Positions 35,717 to 38,282 of a DNA stretch of 38,282 nt are shown in pieces. Numbering within the stretch: position 1 is the stretch's first letter; each line of letters begins with the position of its first letter. The translations under genes were made by a program, and so were the position numbers. The stretch is from Octopus sinensis (taxonomy: Eukaryota). Under the pieces are notes generated by a model that had not been told where the DNA came from, did not search any database, and saw only the letters and a program-made list of their open reading frames with translations. The DNA lies in contig NW_021835804.1 in NCBI RefSeq assembly GCF_006345805.1, positions 1 through 38,282 of the forward strand, given 5' to 3'.

Positions 35717-36870
35717 CATATGTTATATACATATATATTATATATATGATATATATATACCTATATACATACATATAGTATATTATATACATTATTATAT
35801 ATGATACATATATATGTATACATATATATATGTATATATATATGTATATATATATATATACATATATGTATGTATACATATTATATATGATAAATATATA
35901 TATGTATACATATATGTATGTATACATTATATTATACATAATGTTATATATATATATCATATATATATACATATATATATATATACATATATAATACATA
36001 TATATCTGTCATACATCTATATATGTAGTATATAATATATGTATAATAATATACATATATATAGTAAATATTATATGTATATATATATGATATACATATT
36101 ATATTTACATATATATGTATACATATATATATGTATACATATATTATGTATACAGTATATATATGTATACATATATATATGTATAAATATATATATGTAG
36201 ACATTTATGTATACATATATATGTATACATATATATATGTATACATATATAATGTATACATATATATGTATACAGATTATATATGTATACATATATATAT
36301 GTTAAATAGATATGTATAGATATATATGTATATATATATATGTATAACATATATATATGTATATATATATATGTTATATATAATATATATGTTATATATA
36401 TATATAATGTATATATATTGTATATATATATATGTATATCATATATGTATATGTATATATATATGTATATATATATATATATGTATATATGATATATATA
36501 TATATAGATATATATATATGTATATATATTATATATGTTATATATATGTATATATATAATATGTATATATATATATATGTATATATATCTACTATATGTA
36601 TATAGATAATATATATATTATATATATATATATATATATATCTATAGATATATATATATATATGTATATATGATATATATATATGTATATATGTAGATAT
36701 ATATATATTATATTATATTATATATATATATATATGTTATATATAAGATGTATCTATGTATATATATATATGTATATATATATTATAATATATATATGTA
36801 TGTATATATATCTATATATATATATAAATGTATGTATGTATGTATGTATATATATTATATATATATATAT
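35225..36870. repeat. ~1.65-kb (TA)n compound microsatellite
   Basis: Direct inspection. Confidence 0.95.
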
Positions 36871-37993
36871 ATTGTAGTATATGTTAATAAAATAGAATAT
36901 ATGCATATATATAAACATATATGTACGTACCTACCTCTACATGTACATATACACGCATATATGTGTACAGGACACCAAAAAGACGTCGAACACATAGAGA
37001 GACAAAACACATAGACACAACCAAGGAACAAGACAAGCAAAAAAAAGGAGAGATTACAGGACAATAAGCACAACGAAAAATCCCTTCTTCAGTCGCTAAG
37101 AGTCATCTACTAAACGTTTCGAAGGATAAAAGCGAGACGATACTTCGAAGAAAAATTCCTTCCCGCGAAAGCAAATCAATTAAAATTCTGAGATCTTTCG
37201 CAGAGGGGGTAAAAAAAAGCAAGACGGTAACGACAGTACAAACATATAAACAGTAGAAAATATATATACATAACAGTGGAAAAATAAAATATAACAGTGA
37301 GAGAGACAGGACAGGAGAACAAGATAAGAAGGGCTGTTAACGCCAGACGAAAAAAGTATTGCAAACGCTGGATTATCGTGGAAGACGAGAGGGGAAAATT
37401 TGTCGACCAGAAGCCTTACAAGCGAGGGCGAGAGAAAAGACAGGATAGCAGTTGTATGATTCCACTCATGTCGTACTGAATTTTGTTTGTTTTTTTTTGT
37501 ATTCAAACTCAATTAAATCCGTTTTTCTGAATTGAAATACATTGAGATATGTATTTTTTTTACAAACAATTCATCATACCTAATTCCTTACCGTAAACAC
37601 TTCAGCGATCATTTTAAAAGGATAAATGAATAAATAAGTAAAATAAATATAATGAATACTCAAAGTAACATAAATTGAAAAATGTTAATTACAGGTGGTT
37701 GTGTTTTGGTGTAGCAAGACATTAACTGCAGGTACTTTTCTCTGGTTCATGGAACTGAAAATATTAGGCTGGTCGAAATCTTTCTATAATTAGATATATT
37801 TCCGCTGCATGACCGTGTACAAATTGTTCCGTTTATATCTCAAATCAAAAGAGTAGCTTCATTAAAACTACATCATGGTAGAATAATTTCAAATACAAAA
37901 TAATGTAAAGATGCTAATCACGTTTGATAGAAACACATAATTTAAATTATAATTCTATTTAATTCTTTATTTCGCATTAAGTAGCTATTTTAC

Positions 37994-38085
37994 CTTGTAC
38001 CAGCAATGGTCGAAGAGATATACGTTCTAAGTATTTCGAGAGTTAAAAACTTGCATTTGCTTTGTGTCAGACAAGCAGTGTGCAT
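37994..38085 (-). CDS. KYAT: Candidate first coding exon of the KYAT gene, mitochondrial-leader-like (MHTACLTQSKCKFLTLEILRTYISSTIAGT + AG)
   Basis: ATG at 38085 with an in-frame upstream TAA; 92 nt open to AG|GTAAAA; phase 2 joins A-AAA-ATG at 19753 to give ..GT-R-K-MSTK. No homology or transcript support available. Confidence 0.5.
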
Positions 38086-38282
38086 GTGGATTCTTTATAC
38101 GGGGATTCATTCATTGTTTGTTTAAAAGATGCACGCCTTATTGAGAGAAGAGAGTTTTGACATCTTCAGCAGAGGGTTATCCTCTTCATGTTTTGTGTTA
38201 GCCCAAAGAAAAGTAGGGCTTCAAGCATTCAAGCAACAACAAAAGTACTTTGAGAAATACGAATTCATGTGCAACGCTCACT

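Noticed and set aside
37081-37135. CTGAAGA and GAAAC motifs on the minus strand as a possible HHR
   Set aside because: Order would require type II topology, stem I cannot pair, and stem II register is off by one.
37695-37731. Possible short plus-strand exon (TTACAG...CAG|GTACT)
   Set aside because: Splice-like dinucleotides only; no homology and no partner exons.

Overview
Eukaryotic, AT-rich, repeat-dense DNA; the SINE/LINE/MITE content and long (TA)n tracts suggest a cephalopod (octopus-like) genome, which is an inference. One host gene runs through the window on the minus strand: a kynurenine aminotransferase (KYAT1/KYAT3-like). Four exons are well supported (19694-19749, 8992-9043, 6032-6130, 4544-4693). 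A probable upstream exon (37994-38085) would add a mitochondrial-type leader, and the 3' exons were not found in the window. The introns hold piggyBac derivatives, Penelope-like element (PLE) 3' ends with GIY-YIG endonuclease remnants, a DD37D (maT) transposase fragment, RTE and CR1-group LINEs, tRNA-derived SINEs, Helentron-like elements, a rearranged Gypsy element, a 15-unit minisatellite and kb-long microsatellites. The most striking signal is a set of type I hammerhead ribozyme (HHR) motifs with palindromic minimal stem III. One sits at a PLE 3' end (13845-13937, minus). A pair sits in a near-perfect 478-bp palindrome (29209-29686). A variant pair with a swapped G3-C8 core sits in a second palindrome (20747-22191). 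Three of these motifs are in the sense orientation of the host pre-mRNA. All structures were folded by eye and no activity is shown.
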